A DNA stretch of 64,000 nucleotides from the NCBI GenBank assembly GCA_050740695.1, contig JBOIDR010000002.1:3307-67306 (forward strand). Direction: 5' to 3'. Every line of letters begins with the position of its first letter. The first letter of the stretch is position 1. Shown here piece by piece: positions 62,618-64,000 of this stretch. The position numbers and the translations under genes are program-made. The notes beneath the pieces are model-generated. The model did not search any database, was not told where the DNA came from, and saw nothing but the letters and a program-made list of their open reading frames with translations. The DNA comes from Gammaproteobacteria bacterium (lineage in GTDB: Bacteria; Pseudomonadota; Gammaproteobacteria; JACCXJ01).

Positions 62618-63661
62618 ATGCACCCCAAGCGCTTCGCGCCCCGGCGCGGCCCCGTTCTCCAGGCGCTCGGCCGACAGGGAGCGGTCGTGACCATCGGCAA
62701 CTACGACGGCGTACACCTCGGCCACCAGGCGGTGATCCATGTGCAGAGACGCGTGGCCGCGCGCCTGTCCCTACCCACCGTGGCACTGGTTTTCGAACCG
62801 CAGCCGCGCGAATATTTCGACCCCCGGTCGGCGCCGCCACGCCTCACACGCTTGCGCGAGAAATACCTGCTCCTCCGTGACTATGGTATCGATCACTTCA
62901 TGTGCCTGCGCTTCGGCGCGGGGCTCGCGGCAGAGACGGCCGAGGACTTCGTCGACCGGGTCTTGACCGAGCGGCTCGGGGCACGCGGGGTCGTGGTAGG
63001 CGACGACTTCCACTTCGGGCAGGGGCGCAGGGGCGACTATGCGCTCCTCCGTGCGCTCGGGCAGGCGCGGGGGATCGAGATCGTGGGCGTGCCCGCCTTC
63101 GAGCGCGACGGCGCACGCGTGAGCAGCACGCGCGTCCGTGAGACGCTGGCTCGCGGCGACCTCTCCGCCGCGAGCCGCTTGCTGGGGCGCCCCTATGCCA
63201 TCTTCGGGCGCGTCGTCCACGGCGAGAAACGCGGCCGCACGTGGGGCTACGCCACCGCCAACGTCCCCTTGCGCCGCCGTTCCTCGGCGGTGCGCGGGAT
63301 CTTTGTCGCCCGGGTGCGAGGGCTTGGACCTCGGCCGCTGCCCGCCGTCGCCTATGTGGGACCACGCCCTGCCCTCGCGGAGACGCGCGAGTTGCTCGAG
63401 GTTCATCTGCTAGATTTCGACGCGGATCTGTACGGAGAGACGCTGTGGGTGGAATTCCTGCACCTACTTCGTGAGGACCGGACGTTCGATACGCTGGAGG
63501 CGCTCCGGGCTCAGATCGCGCTGGATGTCGAAGCCGCCCGCCGCCTGTGGGTCCAGGGGACGGGTATCGACGGCCTGGGGATAGAAGGGCTCTGGACAGA
63601 GGGATCGGGGAGCTCGACACCCACGGCCGGCGACCACGCGCTCGGGGGCTCCGCAGCATGA
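62618..63661 (+). CDS. ribF: Bifunctional riboflavin kinase / FMN adenylyltransferase.
   Basis: [18 protein letters not shown] (FAD synthetase). C-terminal riboflavin kinase ([20 protein letters not shown]). Confidence 0.85.
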   Translation: MHPKRFAPRRGPVLQALGRQGAVVTIGNYDGVHLGHQAVIHVQRRVAARLSLPTVALVFEPQPREYFDPRSAPPRLTRLREKYLLLRDYGIDHFMCLRFGAGLAAETAEDFVDRVLTERLGARGVVVGDDFHFGQGRRGDYALLRALGQARGIEIVGVPAFERDGARVSSTRVRETLARGDLSAASRLLGRPYAIFGRVVHGEKRGRTWGYATANVPLRRRSSAVRGIFVARVRGLGPRPLPAVAYVGPRPALAETRELLEVHLLDFDADLYGETLWVEFLHLLREDRTFDTLEALRAQIALDVEAARRLWVQGTGIDGLGIEGLWTEGSGSSTPTAGDHALGGSAA

Positions 63662-64000
63662 CGGACTACAAGGCCACCCTCAACCTCCCCCGCACTGCCT
63701 TCCCGATGCGCGCGAACCTGGCCGAACGCGAGCCCGAGACGTTGAAGCGCTGGTCGGCGGAAGACCTCTACGGCCGCATCCGCGCGGCGCGGGCCGGGGC
63801 GCCACGCTACATCCTGCACGACGGCCCACCCTACGCCAACGGCGAGATCCACATCGGGCATGCGGTGAACAAGGTGCTCAAGGACATCATCGTTAAGGCG
63901 CGCACCTTGGGTGGCTTCGACGCCCCGTACGTGCCCGGCTGGGACTGCCATGGCCTGCCCATCGAGCTCATGGTCGAGCAGCGCATCGGGACGCCGGGCA
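63658..64000 (+). CDS. ileS: Isoleucine--tRNA ligase, 5' part. It continues beyond the window.
   Basis: [21 protein letters not shown]...[21 protein letters not shown] (HIGH motif). The start overlaps the ribF stop. Confidence 0.85.
   Translation, partial: MTDYKATLNLPRTAFPMRANLAEREPETLKRWSAEDLYGRIRAARAGAPRYILHDGPPYANGEIHIGHAVNKVLKDIIVKARTLGGFDAPYVPGWDCHGLPIELMVEQRIGTPG

Overview
This 64-kb window comes from a high-GC (about 65-68%) proteobacterial chromosome, probably a gamma-proteobacterium. It mixes core genes with several lower-GC accessory patches. The most unusual feature is a gene cluster at the left end (1-11.5 kb) that couples Hanks-type Ser/Thr phospho-signalling to redox proteins. 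That cluster holds a CxxCH-containing partial ORF, an 810-aa protein that fuses an FAD oxidoreductase domain to two cNMP-binding domains and two 4Fe-4S dicluster domains, and a polytopic membrane protein. It also holds a protein with an N-terminal FHA domain fused through one TM helix to a decaheme c-type cytochrome, a PP2C phosphatase, and a 1163-aa transmembrane Ser/Thr kinase. The kinase has a long periplasmic coiled-coil/repeat region. It shares a repeat module and a C-terminal F(V/I)PPSF motif with the secreted protein encoded next to it. Core genes follow: hemB, ntrBC (glnLG), a DUF4124 protein, lysA with a small lipoprotein, hemCDXY, a type III PKS-like gene, gyrA, PIN-PhoH, bcp, gcvR, murJ, ribF and ileS. 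A nonulosonic/keto-sugar nucleotide-sugar cluster has been split by an approximately 8.5-kb mosaic insertion. The insertion contains IS91-family transposase remnants, paired approximately 290-bp repeats and a diverged segmental duplication. It also contains a GH13 enzyme, a DUF899 gene embedded in a transposase remnant, and two low-GC orphan genes. Elsewhere there is a Fic gene disrupted by an IS200/IS605-derived miniature element, an ECF sigma factor with two YciI-like genes, and a decayed defense island (hsdM fragment, KAP NTPase fragment, IS200 tnpA remnant). There is also a frameshifted ParE toxin with a truncated antitoxin abutting the gyrA 3' end, an intact vapBC pair, and a 3.5-kb AT-rich island of unknown genes that includes a DUF4258/DUF2283 pair. 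Two ORF-poor low-GC regions (about 18.8-19.4 kb and 37.8-38.8 kb) may hold non-coding or degenerate mobile DNA. I found no rRNA, tRNA or CRISPR array.
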